DNA from: Elephas maximus
Taxonomy: Eukaryota
Direction of reading: 5' to 3'
Length of the DNA: 64,000 nucleotides
NCBI RefSeq assembly: GCF_024166365.1
Contig: NC_064830.1
Location: forward strand, 89,332,968 to 89,396,967
This document shows positions 24,001 through 56,260 of this stretch, in pieces (position 1 is the first letter of the stretch; every line of letters begins with the position of its first letter). The position numbers and the translations under genes were made by a program. A model generated the notes under the pieces. That model did no database searches, was not told the DNA's origin, and saw nothing but the letters and a program-made list of their open reading frames with translations.

Positions 24001-27000
24001 AAAAGGCACTGCAGTCTCTGCCCTGGTCTCTCTTGAATCATTTGCTCTGGGGAAGCCAGCTGCCACGTCATGAGGACATGTCATGGCTGACATCTTGACT
24101 ATATCTTCATGAGAGACTCCACACCAGAACCACTCAGCTAAGCCACTCCTGAATTCTTCACCCACAGAAACTGTGAGATAATGAATGTTATTGATTTAAG
24201 CTGCTGAATTTTGGGGTAATTTGTTATGCAGCAATAAATAGCTAACACACAACAGATACTTTCCCAGTGATTTATGGTATACCCTTTATAAATATCTGGT
24301 TCTCATATATATACCAGTCTGTTTATGAGCACTATTCCGTTCCATTGTTTTGTTTCTGCACCAGGACCACACTTTGTATTATGACTTTCAGTGTATCTTA
24401 ATACCTGGTAGGGTCAGCCTCTCCTCTTTGCTCTTCTTTTTAAAAATTGACCTAAGTAATGGTAGACTTTTATTTTTCCGTATTAATTTTAGAATAAGCT
24501 TTGTGAGTTTCTAAAAAAAAAAAAAAATCTGGAATTTGTATTAGGGTTGCACATGTAGTTTTTAGGTTGGAAGAGGTGGAAAGGGTTTTGACATGAAGAT
24601 TCTAGAAGAGAGAAGAAAAAGAAGCCCATGTGTCTGGTCGTGATTCTGCCTCCAACCTTGTGCCACCCAGGTTCATTCATTCAACAGATATTTACTGAGC
24701 ATCCACTGTGGGCTAGGCACTTACTCCCTAGGTGGGAGGAAACAGACCATAAACAGATAGACAAAAAATGAGAAAAGTGCTGTGAAGAAAACAAACTGAT
24801 CATGTGAAAGGGAGGAAGTAGAGGAGGCTGTTTTAGCTTAGTGCGGAGGACTGGCATCCTCTGGGGAGGCACCATTTGAGCTGAGATCTGAGTCGGAAGG
24901 AGCCAACCGTGCAAAGAGCTGAGTGAGGAGCTTTCAAGGGAAAGAGAGCAGCGAAGGGCCAGAGTGGGCACAGCTGGACTGTGAGGAAAGAGGCAGCCAG
25001 TGGGCGTGAAGTCCAGCAAGCAAGGGGGGTGCAGAGGAGATGAGATCAGAGGGATCAACAGAGATTGGATCCTGTAGGGCATGTGCCCCTCTAAGGAGTC
25101 TGGATTTTTTTTTTCCCCCAAGGACAATAGACAGCTTTTGCAGGCTTTTAAGTAGGGGAGTGGCCTTTGGTTGTGCTGTTAACCACCTTCCGCTTCTTCC
25201 CCAGCAAAAAAGGGAGAACCTGTCCCCGCTGTGCCTCATCCCCACGGTGACATCTCCCCGGGAGGAGCAGCAGCTCCTGGCCAGCACCTCCAAGGTGAGG
25301 CCCCTGAGCCTTGTAGGGTGGAGACTGAGGGCCTCTTTCTGCAGCCTGACCCCCATCCTTTTCCATGCTCTCTCCCCCAACAGCCGGTGGTGAAGCTTCT
25401 GCACAACCGCAGTAACAACAAGTACTCGTACACCAGGTGACCGCCCCCTGGGGGGTGTGCCGGGTGGAATCCTGGGACCCAGCACGGCCCTGCCCTTGGC
25501 CCAAGGGGCGGGCCGCCACATAGACTAAAGAATGCCTGCCTGAGTGCAGATCCCAGCTCTGCCTGCCACTCTTCCACTGGGCAGGTCATTTTCACTTCTG
25601 AGCTTCAGTTTTATCAGTGGTAACCTGGGGTCCAGGTGAGGATTAAATGATAATGGCCAGCATTTAATAAGCACTTATTTTACAACAGGCATTGCGGTAA
25701 GCACCTACTATGTATAGGTAGTCCCCAACTTAGGACGGGGTTTGGTTCCCATAACTCCCTATAAGTTGATAATGATGTAAGTTGAATTCCTTTTTTTTTC
25801 TTTAGTTTTTAGTATTATTGCCTTTTATTATCAGTATCTTTATAAATTCGATCTTTATTTGTCTTTGGGGGTTGGAAACATTACATATAAGCTTACAGCT
25901 TCAATGTCAGCGTTTCCTGCTTCTCCAGTTACACTCACGTGAGTTATGTAAGCCAAGAAAACAAAACAACAACAACAAAAGAGGGCAGTTGTACTCAAGT
26001 ATGTTGTAAGTTGGGGACTACCTGTATTACATATAACCCTCACAGTTGTTTGAGGTGGGTTCTGCTCTGATCTCCAGTTTACAGACAGGAGGTTGAGAGG
26101 TGAGATAACATGCCTAGGGTCACTCTGTTAAAAAGTAGTAGCGCCAGGACGTCAGGCAGCCTGCTCTGGAGGCTGCATGCGTGGCCGCTTTGCTGTGCTG
26201 GAATTTGCTCCACAAATGCTGCGTCCCATCTGAGGTCCGCTTAGTCTGGCTTTGGGATGGAGGGAGCTAGCTCCCTGCCAGACATCAAACCCCTGGGCAG
26301 GACCAGAGTGCAGGGAGCCTGGTCCTTTATCCCTGGCGGGGTGGGGGATGGAGGGAGGAGAATCAGTCATGCTGAGGCTCCTGGCCCCCTGGTCCTTAGC
26401 ACTTCAGATGACAACCTCCTTAAGAACATCGAGCTGTTTGACAAACTGGCCCTGCGCTTCCACGGGCGGCTGCTCTTCCTCAAGGATGTACTGGGGGATG
26501 AAATCTGCTGCTGGTCTTTCTACGGGCAGGGCCGCAAAATCGCCGAGGTGTGCTGCACCTCCATTGTCTATGCCACGGAGAAGAAGCAGACCAAGGTCAG
26601 AAGGGATTCAGGGTGTGGGGGGCAGGGGGGTGGTGTGTGGGCCGGACCAGGACCCTGGACAAAGGCAGCTCAGCAGATCAGGCCAGAGAAAGTCCGTCCC
26701 TGGGAGCCAGGAGCTGGGACTATGGGGTCTTGGCTGTGTAACCTTGGGCAAGTCACCTTAACCTCTGAGGCTCTCCATTTCTCTGTGAAATGAGGATGCT
26801 GGAGTACAGTGGGCTCTTAATGTGGGGCCGGCCATTGGATGAGTTTCAGGGCTATCTGCAGGCCCCTGGAACAGTATGCAGGTTTGGGAGCATGTGCATT
26901 TTTCTGTGTAGCGAGTCTACAGTCGTTGTTAGAATCTGAGAAAGATCCACAACCCCAAATAAGGTCTTAAAACCTCAGGGCCAGATGGGCTCTTAGAACA

Positions 27001-28787
27001 CTGTCTGGCTTTGTAGTCCTGAGTCATTAACATGGCATTTATCAGCAAATACCTCCTGAGCACCTACTCTGTGCACAGCACTGCACCAGGCCAGGCCAAC
27101 AAGGGTGAAAAAGTGCCAAGTCAAGCGCAAGCCTTGTGTCATCCGGTTCCCACAGATCTCACCAGTCTGGTCCCTTCTGACCTTGATATGAGGGAAGTGC
27201 CTTAGATGCATCAAAGTTCTTGCAAGTGTCTAAGACCCCATGCTATTCATACCTCTCTGCTTTTGCACACTCTATTCCTTCTTGAAATTCTTTTTCTTTG
27301 TCCCTGTCTGCCTAATGAAGTTGAATTTAATCTTTAAAACCCAAGCCAAGCATCACTTTCTTTTGGACACCTTTGCTTATGAACTTTTAACCTAACAACC
27401 CAGACCAAGTTGGTCACTCCCTTCTTGGCCAGACACAGTGTTTATTGTAGTCTGTCTGGTTGCTTCAGCAGCAGGGTGTTTGCTCCTTGTGGGCAGGGCT
27501 TTGTCTTCTTCTTTCTCATCTCCCTAGAACTAACCCAGCCCCTGTCACACAGTGGGAGCTAGGAGGCATTTATTGAATGCATGCATGAATAAGTGAACAA
27601 CCCAGCTTCCAAGAAGCTTCCTCTGTAATTGGGGATTCAGGAAGATAAGCCAGTAGTTAGAATACAGCTGGTTAAGAGCTGTGTTCATTACATCCTTCCA
27701 AAGCCTCACAATGGGGGAGCCCCCCCACCACCTTTTTTATTTCTTCCTTTCTACTCTCCCTCTATTGGCCTCCCTGCTGGTCTTCAAATAACACACTAAG
27801 CACACTCCTGCCAAACCAAAACCAAACCCACTGCCGTCGAGTCAATTCCGACTCATAGCGACCCTATAGGACAGAGTAGAACTGCCCCATAGAGTTTCCA
27901 AGGAGCGCCTGGCAGATTTGAACTGCCAGCCTCTTGGTTAGCAGCCGTAGCACTTAACCACTACGCCACCAGGGTTTCCACACTCTTGCCACAGAGCTTT
28001 TATACTGTTGCCTCTTCCCAAAAGGCTCTTCTCTAGCTTTCCACCTGGCTCGCTCCTTCCCTTCCTTGGGTCTCTGGTCAAATGTTACCTCAGGGAGGCC
28101 TTCCAGCCCTGACCATCCTCATCCCCTTCCCCTGCCACATTTTTCTCCATACCATTTATCATCTGACTTAGTATGTATTTCATCAAGTGTGTGTCTGAGT
28201 CCTCCTCCTAGAATATAAACTTCCTGAGGACAGGAGTTTTGTCTGTTTTGTTCACTGTTGTATTTCCAGTGCCTAGAACAGCACCCGGCACAGTGTAGTC
28301 ACTCAGTAAATATTTGCCAAGTGAAAGAGTATACCAAGAAACTTGGCAGCAAATAACTCGGCTTGACTTCAGAGCTGGGCCTTGAAGTGCAAGTATGACT
28401 TTGCAGAGTAAAGAAATTGCAGAGGACGGTCCAGGCCAAAGGACCTGTAACTGCAAAGGGTAGGAGGTGTGCCAGTGTGCAAATGGCTGGAGGGGGATGG
28501 CTCTGTGTGACTGGACCAGAGGGTAGCTGGGGGTTGCTGGCCTTTTACAGGTGGAATTCCCAGAGGCCCGGATCTTTGAGGAGACCTTGAACATCCTGAT
28601 CTACGAGACTCCCCGGGACCCAGACCCGGCCCTCCTGGAGGCCATAGGGGGTGCAGCTGGAGGTGGCGGGGCAGGCCGAGGGGAAGATGAGGACAACCGA
28701 GAGCACCGTGTCCGCAGGATCCATGTCCGGCGCCACATCACCCATGACGAGCGTCCTCATGGCCAACAAATTGTCTTCAAGGACTGA
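14762..28787 (+). CDS. KCTD13: KCTD13 (BTB/POZ domain-containing adapter for CUL3, BACURD1); 6 coding exons: 14762..15005, 16435..16604, 25205..25294, 25384..25436, 26400..26595, 28551..28787 (stop TGA 28785..28787)
   Basis: Spliced translation reads [82 protein letters not shown]|[56 protein letters not shown]|[30 protein letters not shown]|[18 protein letters not shown]|[65 protein letters not shown]|[78 protein letters not shown]. This is near-identical to human KCTD13. Every intron has GT..AG boundaries, and phases are consistent across exons (total 990 nt = 329 aa plus stop). Exon frames were cross-checked against ORF-track entries 25040..25393, 25231..25440, 26257..26793 and 28551..28787. 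Confidence 0.93.
15950..16105 (-). mobile_element. AfroSINE in KCTD13 intron 1, antisense
   Basis: The sequence ...gtcgagtcgattctgactcatagtgaccttataggacagagtagaactgccccataaggtttccaaggagcgcctggcggatttgaaatgccaacctttaggttagcagccatagcagttaaccactatgccaccaggg... is the reverse complement of the AfroSINE consensus. Confidence 0.85.
16668..17260 (-). mobile_element. Tandem triplet of AfroSINE-type SINEs in antisense orientation (about 16668..16858, 16890..17050, 17080..17260), starting about 65 bp after the KCTD13 exon 2 donor
   Basis: Three copies of gtcgattccgactcatagcaaccctataggacagagtagaactgccccatag(g/a)gttt(cc/tt)a(a/g)gg(ct/ag)...gaccttttggttagcag...ccactacgccaccagggtttcc. Two carry the ggctgtaatcttt..gaagcagactgccacatctttct central insertion. 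The copies are separated by A-rich linkers. Confidence 0.85.
18322..18745 (-). mobile_element. Two AfroSINE copies, antisense (about 18322..18445 truncated, and 18588..18745)
   Basis: The truncated copy reads gttgagtcaattccaactcagagcgaccgtatagaacggagtagaactgcttcatagggtttccgaggctgtaatctttatggaagcagactgccacgtctttctccc. The second reads gttgagtcaattccaactcatagtgaccctgtaggacagtgtagaactgccccataggtttccagggagcgcctggtgtatttgaactgctgaccttttggttaacagctgtcgtagctcttaaccactatgccaccagggtttcc. Confidence 0.8.
21845..22340 (+). mobile_element. MaLR-type (ERVL-MaLR, MST/THE-like) LTR copy 1 in KCTD13 intron 2
   Basis: The 3' part reads ...cctgactgcaacctcatgagagaccctgagccaagaccacccagctaagccaaccccaaattcctgacccacagaaactgtgtgatataataaatgtttattactgttttaagctgctaagtttggagtaatttgttacgtaacaatagataactaatac. 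This LTR 3'-end architecture (AATAAA followed by taagccnctaagttt, then gtaatttgttac.cagcaatag.taactaatac) is characteristic of MaLR LTRs. Confidence 0.6.
22972..23125 (+). mobile_element. AfroSINE inserted between the two MaLR LTR copies
   Basis: ggaggcctcatggtgcagtggttaagcactcggctgctaaccagaaggtaggcagtttgaatccaccggcggctccttgaagaccctatagggcagttctactttgtcctatagggtcacaatgagtgggaatcgactcaacggcaac, followed by a gggtttggttttttttttttttt linker. Confidence 0.85.
23700..24250 (+). mobile_element. MaLR-type LTR copy 2, same orientation as copy 1 and about 2 kb downstream of it
   Basis: The sequence ...gggctgtctctgtagccagtattgaggaaatgatgctgtgtaacttctgaagctaggtcataaaaggcactgcagtctctgcc...cccacagaaactgtgagataatgaatgttattgatttaagctgctgaattttggggtaatttgttatgcagcaataaatagctaacacac is alignable by eye to copy 1, at roughly 75-80% identity. 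Confidence 0.6.
27815..27985 (-). mobile_element. AfroSINE in KCTD13 intron 5, antisense
   Basis: ccaaaaccaaacccactgccgtcgagtcaattccgactcatagcgaccctataggacagagtagaactgccccatagagtttccaaggagcgcctggcagatttgaactgccagcctcttggttagcagccgtagcacttaaccactacgccaccagggtttcc. Confidence 0.85.
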
Positions 28788-29287
28788 CCTCTAAGCCCTC
28801 TCCCTGCCTTCTGCCTCCAGTCCTTCCTTCTCTTTCCCTCTTGTTCCAGACCTTTGCCCCGGCTCTGCTGGCCAAGTCGTGGGTCTCCCTTTTGTCCCTT
28901 CATTGCATGGTACAGTTTACTTGGGTCCTTTCCATTCGTTCCCACCTCATTGCTAACAACACGGTACATTCCAGACCCTCCCCTCAGGGCCCTTCAGAAG
29001 GCTGACATTTGTCCCCTCACCCCCATTCTTGTCCTGCTATCTTCCCCCCACTAGCTGGGTTAGAATTATTTGTAATTCTCATTCTCTTTTTTTAGTACAC
29101 TGTACATGCCAGAGTGTCAGCCCAGCCCTGGATAACGCCCACCACCTTCTGAGCCGCCTTTCCACCTCTGTGCAGGGTAGTTTGCCTCCCCCTCCTTCTC
29201 CACCAGTTCTCCCCACTTCCTTGGCTTTGTACTAGGCCGGCCTGGGCCTGTACCAGCTCAGCTATCTTCTCAATCTGTTTCATATTA

Positions 29288-29293
29288 TTTATT
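29288..29293 (-). terminator. ASPHD1: AATAAA polyadenylation signal for ASPHD1 on the minus strand
   Basis: Plus-strand tttatt at about 29288..29293 reads AATAAA on the minus strand. It lies about 340 nt downstream of the ASPHD1 stop (29632) in the direction of transcription, and only about 30 bp from the KCTD13 signal on the opposite strand. Confidence 0.5.
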
Positions 29294-29319
29294 GTTTTAA
29301 TTTTCTATTAAATTATTGG

Positions 29320-29325
29320 AATAAA
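29320..29325 (+). terminator. KCTD13: AATAAA polyadenylation signal for KCTD13 (eukaryotic polyA signal, not a bacterial terminator)
   Basis: ggAATAAAgttgaag lies about 535 nt downstream of the KCTD13 stop and is followed by a GT-rich region. It is the only canonical signal in the 3'UTR. Confidence 0.6.
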
Positions 29326-29631
29326 GTTGAAGTGAGGGTCTGGTGCTGGCTCCTAGGGAAAGGGACAGGAAGACGGTTCATGTTAAAGAGCTACCTGGCT
29401 ATTTACATGGGCGAAGACACAAGCCCCTGCCCTAGGCCTCTCCCTGGGCCTGGTTGCAGAGAAGGAAGGAGTCAGGAGCTGGGAGAGGATTCAAAATCTG
29501 TATTTCGTGCTTGCTGGCCAGTTCTGGTCCCCACCCTCAGGGTTCACCCCACCCCTGCAGTGGCTACCACTCAAGCCATCCTTGAGTGCAGCATCTCTCC
29601 AGCCCGGGTGTCTGAAGGAAACACCTCCCTT

Positions 29632-32600
29632 CAAAGGTCTGGTGCAAAGACAAAGTCGAGGGCCTGGCGCTCAGCCCCGGCCACGTTGGGATGCCAAAGG
29701 TCCACAATGAAGACCACTCGAGGCCCATCTTCAGGGGATCCTAGGGCACATGGGAATGGAGATAGGAGAGCAGCTGACGTAAGTACTTACATGCCAGGAA
29801 CACTCACCAAATATTCATAAAAGCAAACACTTAGACAGCAAACATGTGCCAGGCACTGTCCTAAGCCTTTATATGTATTAGCTCTTAATCATCAGAACAA
29901 ACTATGAGATACAAAAAAAAAAAAGAAACGCATTGCCATCAAGTTGATTCTGACTCATAGCGACCCTATAGAGCAGAGTAGGACTGCCCCATAGGGTTTC
30001 CAAGGGGTGGCTGGTAGATTCAAACTGCTGACCTTTTGGTTAGCAGCCGAACTCTTAACCACTGCGCCACCAGAGCCCCAAACTATGAGGAAGCACCATA
30101 ATTATGCCCGTTTTATACAAACAACTGAGGCGTAGAGAGGTTAAGTAACTTCCCCAAGGTCACACAGCTAATAAGTGCCAGAGCTGGGACAGGAACCCAA
30201 GTGGTCCAGGCCCAGGGTCCTGTGCTGTGAACCACTTTGCTGTGTACCTACATTAACTTATTTAAGCCTTGCAGTCACCTGATAAAGACGGTGGTTGCTC
30301 CATTTCACAGGTGGCTGAAGAGGTTATGTCACTTGTTGAAGGTCATGCAGCTGGAAAACCGTGCCAGGACAGGAAGCCAATTGGGCCTGATCTTGCAGCC
30401 CTCTAGCCTACTCCCCTTTCACTCTAGTCCCTCATCGCTCCTAGCGGGATAGGAGCCCCCTTACCGTTATGCGCCACTGTGTGCAGGAAGGAGTCATCCA
30501 CCAGTAAACAGTGCCCTTCAGCCCAGCACTGGGGCTCGCCACCAACTACCAGCTCACAGCCAGGGGGGATCTTCAGGCCTGTAGGAAGACACCTGGGCAT
30601 TCAACACCCCTGCTTCTATCCAAGGGGCTTATCCTGTTTTAGTCGATAATCAGATCTATATAGGGTCACTATGAGTCAGAATTGACTCTATGACAGTGGG
30701 TTTGGTTTGGTTTTGGAGGGTCTGTTAAATGCCAGGTTTTGTGGTGACCCCTCCTTGCTCTCTGGAAAGTGACCTGAGTACAATTACAATACTGCACTGG
30801 AAGAAAGAAGTGCTAGGAGGCAGTGGAAATGCAGAGGAAAGCTCTGTCTGTTCTGTTTGAGAGAAAAGGGAAGACTTCCTGAAGGAAGTGGAATCTCCTC
30901 CTGGGTTCCTGAGCCTACAGTGTGCGAGGCCCTGTCTCCCGGTGGAGGCCTGAGAGATAACTGACTCCATCCTGCCCCCAAGAGGACAGGACACGGTCAA
31001 ATGCTGTGAGAAAATTGAGCAGCCAACTCAACCGGTGGGGAAAGGAAGGCATCCCAGAGGAGGCGTGGCACTGGAAAATCTGGGTCCTGAAGGCTGAGCA
31101 GGAGTTTTCCAGGAGATGATGGGAGAAAGGCGCTCTAGGCTGAGAATACGGCACATGCACAGGCTTCTGCCAGCATCAGCCAGAGGCCTTCATGAGTGCA
31201 GCAAGGGATGGGGGAGGACAAATGGGGGAGACGAGGAGAGAAAATATCTCAGGGGAGACAAGGAGAGAAAATATCTGCACTTGATCCCAAAGGCCAGTGT
31301 GCCCCAAAGTGTAGGACACATCGAACTAGCAGCACAGACAATGGTTTTAGTCCACACAAGGTCATGGCATTAAGTTACAATCAGGAAGTTGTTTCCTTCT
31401 TTTCTTTTTTCCCACAATCTTTTAAGGCATCAAAAAGAAAATTACTGTTTGGTGCTACCACAGCTTTAACACATCACCCAACATTGCTCCTTTTAAAACT
31501 TAGAGTGTAGCTGGCTTAGACAAGTGTTGCTTGGGAATTTTTTAAGTTTAAAATTGTTTTTATGAGTAGGACAAGCAATACTGATCTACCATTTACAGTT
31601 GTACAAAGATTTCTTTTAACTGAATAAGTAGAACAAAAGAGAAGTGGAGCGGATGTGAAGAAACAGGACAGGTGGCTAACGGCCATGGCAAAGTTTACAA
31701 AGATGGTTTGCAGATAACTGAAGCTCAGGAAATGCCACTGTGGGCAATACCGGGTCATGGAAGATTGCAGAACCACAGTGGACAGAGCTTTGGTGGCAGA
31801 GAGGAGGGCCTGCAGAGGGAATCCTGAAGGCAAAGGAGGTTGTCTGTAGGCAGCGTTTACTTACCCAGATGGCATCTGACCCGGGCATTGGTGGGCCCAC
31901 AGCGGCTCTCAAGCCGGGCCCCAGGCAGGAGGACAGAAAAGCCAGCATTGCCGAAGGTGTTGGCGCTCATAAAGCTCCGCAGCCCCCTCAGTGCCCTATA
32001 GGCCCCTGGGCACCGGCGGCAGTTGCTGGGTTGGCACCTCCCTGATTGGTACAGCAACAGTTGGTAGCACCCAGGGGCCAGGGGCGGGGACCAGCCCCGA
32101 GGCAGAGGGGTAGTCCCTGAAAAGTCCCAGCTTACAGCCCCAAAGTCACGCAAAATCGCAGGGAAGCTGCTCTCCAGGAGTTCCACGTCATGCCGCTGGG
32201 CATCCCGTGGCACAAAAGGGGCTGAGGGCAGGTCTGGCAGGAAAAGCAGGCCTGGACGCTGAATACCCAGGGCCCCCAGCCCTCCCCCAGGGCCTGGTCC
32301 TCCCTGAGTTGCCCGCCTCACCCTGCCCATCCCAGCCCAGGAGTAGCGCCTGGCATAGGCTCGAAGCCGACGGCTCACTAGGCCTTCCGTCCTGCGTCCT
32401 TCCCCAGGGTCTCCAGTGCTCCCTGGGCTTGGCCTGCCAGCCTCAGAGCACCCTCCAGGCCCACCACTAACACCACCAGCCCTGCTCCCAGCCCCCAGGG
32501 CCTGCATGTCTTGGGAGCCCAGGCGGTAGCAGTACCAGAGGAAAAGAGAAGTGAGGGCTCCAAGGAACAGGGTAAGGGCTGAAGAGGCCAGGGGCAGTGG

Positions 32601-32744
32601 CCATAGGGGCATGATGGGCAGGGAGGCCCTGGCCAAGAGTTCTGGTGTGTCCCCCAGGCCCGGGTTCCCCTGTCCTCCCAGCTCTCCATCAGTCCCCTCC
32701 ACAGCTGCTCCTTGGTTCCCCCCTAGGCTGTCTCCTTTCCACAT
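29632..32744 (-). CDS. ASPHD1: ASPHD1 (aspartate beta-hydroxylase domain-containing protein 1); 3 coding exons on the minus strand: 31865..32744 (start uncertain), 30465..30578, 29632..29741 (stop TGA read on minus at 29632..29634)
   Basis: The minus-strand ORF 31857..32828 encodes ...[24 protein letters not shown]...[36 protein letters not shown]...[28 protein letters not shown]...[124 protein letters not shown], ending in a G|GTAAGT donor. Exon 2 reads (G)[37 protein letters not shown](G). Exon 3 reads [35 protein letters not shown]. All of this matches human ASPHD1 as I recall it. The first in-frame ATG (MWKG...) is at about 32742..32744. The ORF-track start at 32828 is a GTG, so an upstream N-terminal extension is unresolved. 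Total from ATG is 1104 nt = 367 aa plus stop. Confidence 0.85.
29925..30078 (-). mobile_element. AfroSINE in ASPHD1 intron 2, on the same strand as ASPHD1 (antisense relative to the plus strand)
   Basis: gcattgccatcaagttgattctgactcatagcgaccctatagagcagagtaggactgccccatagggtttccaaggggtggctggtagattcaaactgctgaccttttggttagcagccgaactcttaaccactgcgccaccagagcccc. Confidence 0.85.
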
Positions 32745-32749
32745 TTCCA

Positions 32750-54126
<21,377 letters not shown>

Positions 54127-54281
54127 ATCCCAAGACGGAGGTTACAGGATCCAGGACGCCTCTCCCTCCTGATTCTGGGCAGGGGGGAGTTCAGGACCTG
54201 GTTTCTGGCTCCCCTCCTCCCTGTGTAAATAGTCTCCCAGTCCCATGAGGGCACTCTGATGGCCCTGGAGACCCTACAGTA

Positions 54282-54287
54282 AATAAA
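54282..54287 (+). terminator. SEZ6L2: AATAAA polyadenylation signal for SEZ6L2; a second candidate AATAAA lies at about 54652
   Basis: cagtAAATAAAccagc lies about 155 nt downstream of the stop codon at 54124..54126. A second caATAAAcag at about 54650 could give an alternative longer 3'UTR. Confidence 0.55.
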
Positions 54288-55899
54288 CCAGCATCCTGCC
54301 GCCCAAAGCCTCATCTTCTCAGTTGCCGACAAGGGGCCTGCCCCCACCCTGCGTGCCCATCACTGGCTTTTGGACCCTGGGAGGGGAACTCAGCCCCCCT
54401 GGAACTCCTGGGGCCTCTCCAGCCCAGGCACTCTACAAGAACTGCCCCACCACCTGATAGCACCAAAGTTCCCTTGAGCACAAAGTCTCTATCACTCCTA
54501 GATGCCCTGGCCCCAGGCCTGACTCCTGGGCCTTGTTGAGTCAGAAGACCAGGGATGAAGGGGAAAGCTGGGACAATCCCCTGCCCCCTTCCTATGCTCT
54601 CCCCAACTCACAGTCTCCCCATCTTTGCTTCTGGATTTTTGTTTTTGAACAATAAACAGAAAATCACCTTTTGTAACTGGGTTGGTGGGGTGTAGGGAGG
54701 CAAATAATGGTGTCAGGGTTGGTGATCGTGTCCTCTCTGGAGAAAGGGCTGGGAAAGGAGAACAATTTGGAAAAACGATGGAAATCTAAAACTGGACACA
54801 GCGTAGTGTCAAGTGGGCTGGCCTGGCTTTCAGTTCAGCCTCTGTGAAGGGCTAGCTGGGACAAGCTGCTCTCTGGGCCTCGGCTGGCTCTTCAACAGGA
54901 CTTGATGGGCTAGAACTAGGCTCCTGTAGCTGGAAAACAGCTGACTGCAGTTCCTCCCTCCCTATTTGGCACGAGGCAAAAGCTCTCAGTTTGTCTCCTG
55001 ACCAGTTTACCTAAAATACAACCCCCATTTGAAAATTTAAGTGTACCATTTCTTTCCTTTTTTTTTCCCTTCATGGTTTTGGCATTTTAAGCATATTTAC
55101 TGTTACATTTCTACCAAGTATTGCACAGATTTGTGGCATTTCATAAACAATGGGGTTGTTTTGTGCCCTCGTGGGTGTCCTTTTCTACTTCATCTACTTT
55201 TGAACATGGTAAGGACTTTATAGTCTGTTTCTCTAAAGAACTCTTCTTCGAATTAACTGAACTGAATCTGGTATGAGATGTTCCCATAAGCATAAGCCCC
55301 AGAGATCGAAGGCGCAGGGTTCTCAAAACTGATGTTGGTGGCAGTGGTGGCCCCTTGGAAGCAAGGGTGGACCCTTCCAGAAGCCACAGGCCTAGACCCT
55401 AAGGGGCTGGCGTTTGCTAGGAGACTGGGTTTGGAACCAGGAGCTCGCCTCTGCCAACAGGGTATTAGATAATTGCCTGAATTAGAACTATTCCGATAAT
55501 CTGCCCATCCCCAGCAAAAAACGGCCTCTCTACCCCAGGTTATGCTGCCTTCCAGAGAAGCAACACTGGGTACTGCCCGAGTTGCGGAGAGGACAGGATC
55601 CCTCTTTATTAAAGTCTCTGATCCCTGGTGGTATCCTTGTTGGCTGAGTGCGAAGAGATACATGCTGGTTCTGGAACACTTTGGAGGCTTCAGAGTTGGT
55701 GCTGCTCACAACCAGGAGTCCCCCCAAAACTGAGGTGTTCAATGAGTTGTGAAAGAGGAGCTTTGGGGCATCTTCCAGGGGGACAAAATGGGGGAGAGAA
55801 CGAGCGGCCAAGAGCAGCACCAAAGAGACTTGGGATCATCCACCAGATGTCAAGTTGCTAGGCAGAGGTCCCTAGAAAAGAATAAGAATCTTTTGTCTA

Positions 55900-56260
55900 T
55901 TTAGATCCAAGGTTCATGTCTTTCTATCCTTCATCCTTTACCCAGTCAGCCAGCCTCTATCTACCCCCAATCCATCCACCTTCCTACCAATTCACTCATC
56001 TGTTTTTCTACCCACCATTCTTTTTCCACCCATCCATTCCTCATTCATCTATCCATTTACCCATTCGCTCACCATTCTCCATCTCCATTCACCATTTGCC
56101 TGCCATCCATCCACCCACCATTCTCCTGTTACCCATCCATTTACCATTCCCCATCCATCTCCATCCACACACCTAACTACCACTCCCCATCCATCTTTCT
56201 ACTGAGCCATCCATCTATCCCTCAGCCATTCACCCACCTACTCATCTCTCTTTCATCTAA
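55900..56260 (+). repeat. Degenerate (CCAT/CATC/CACC)n-type low-complexity minisatellite downstream of the SEZ6L2 3' end
   Basis: ccatccaccttcctaccaattcactcatctgtttttctacccaccattctttttccacccatccattcctcattcatctatccatttacccattcgctcaccattctccatctccattcaccatttgcctgccatccatccacccaccattctcctgttacccatccatttaccattccccatccatctccatccacacacc... ORF 55916..56176 (PPIHPP...) is the artefactual translation. Confidence 0.8.
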
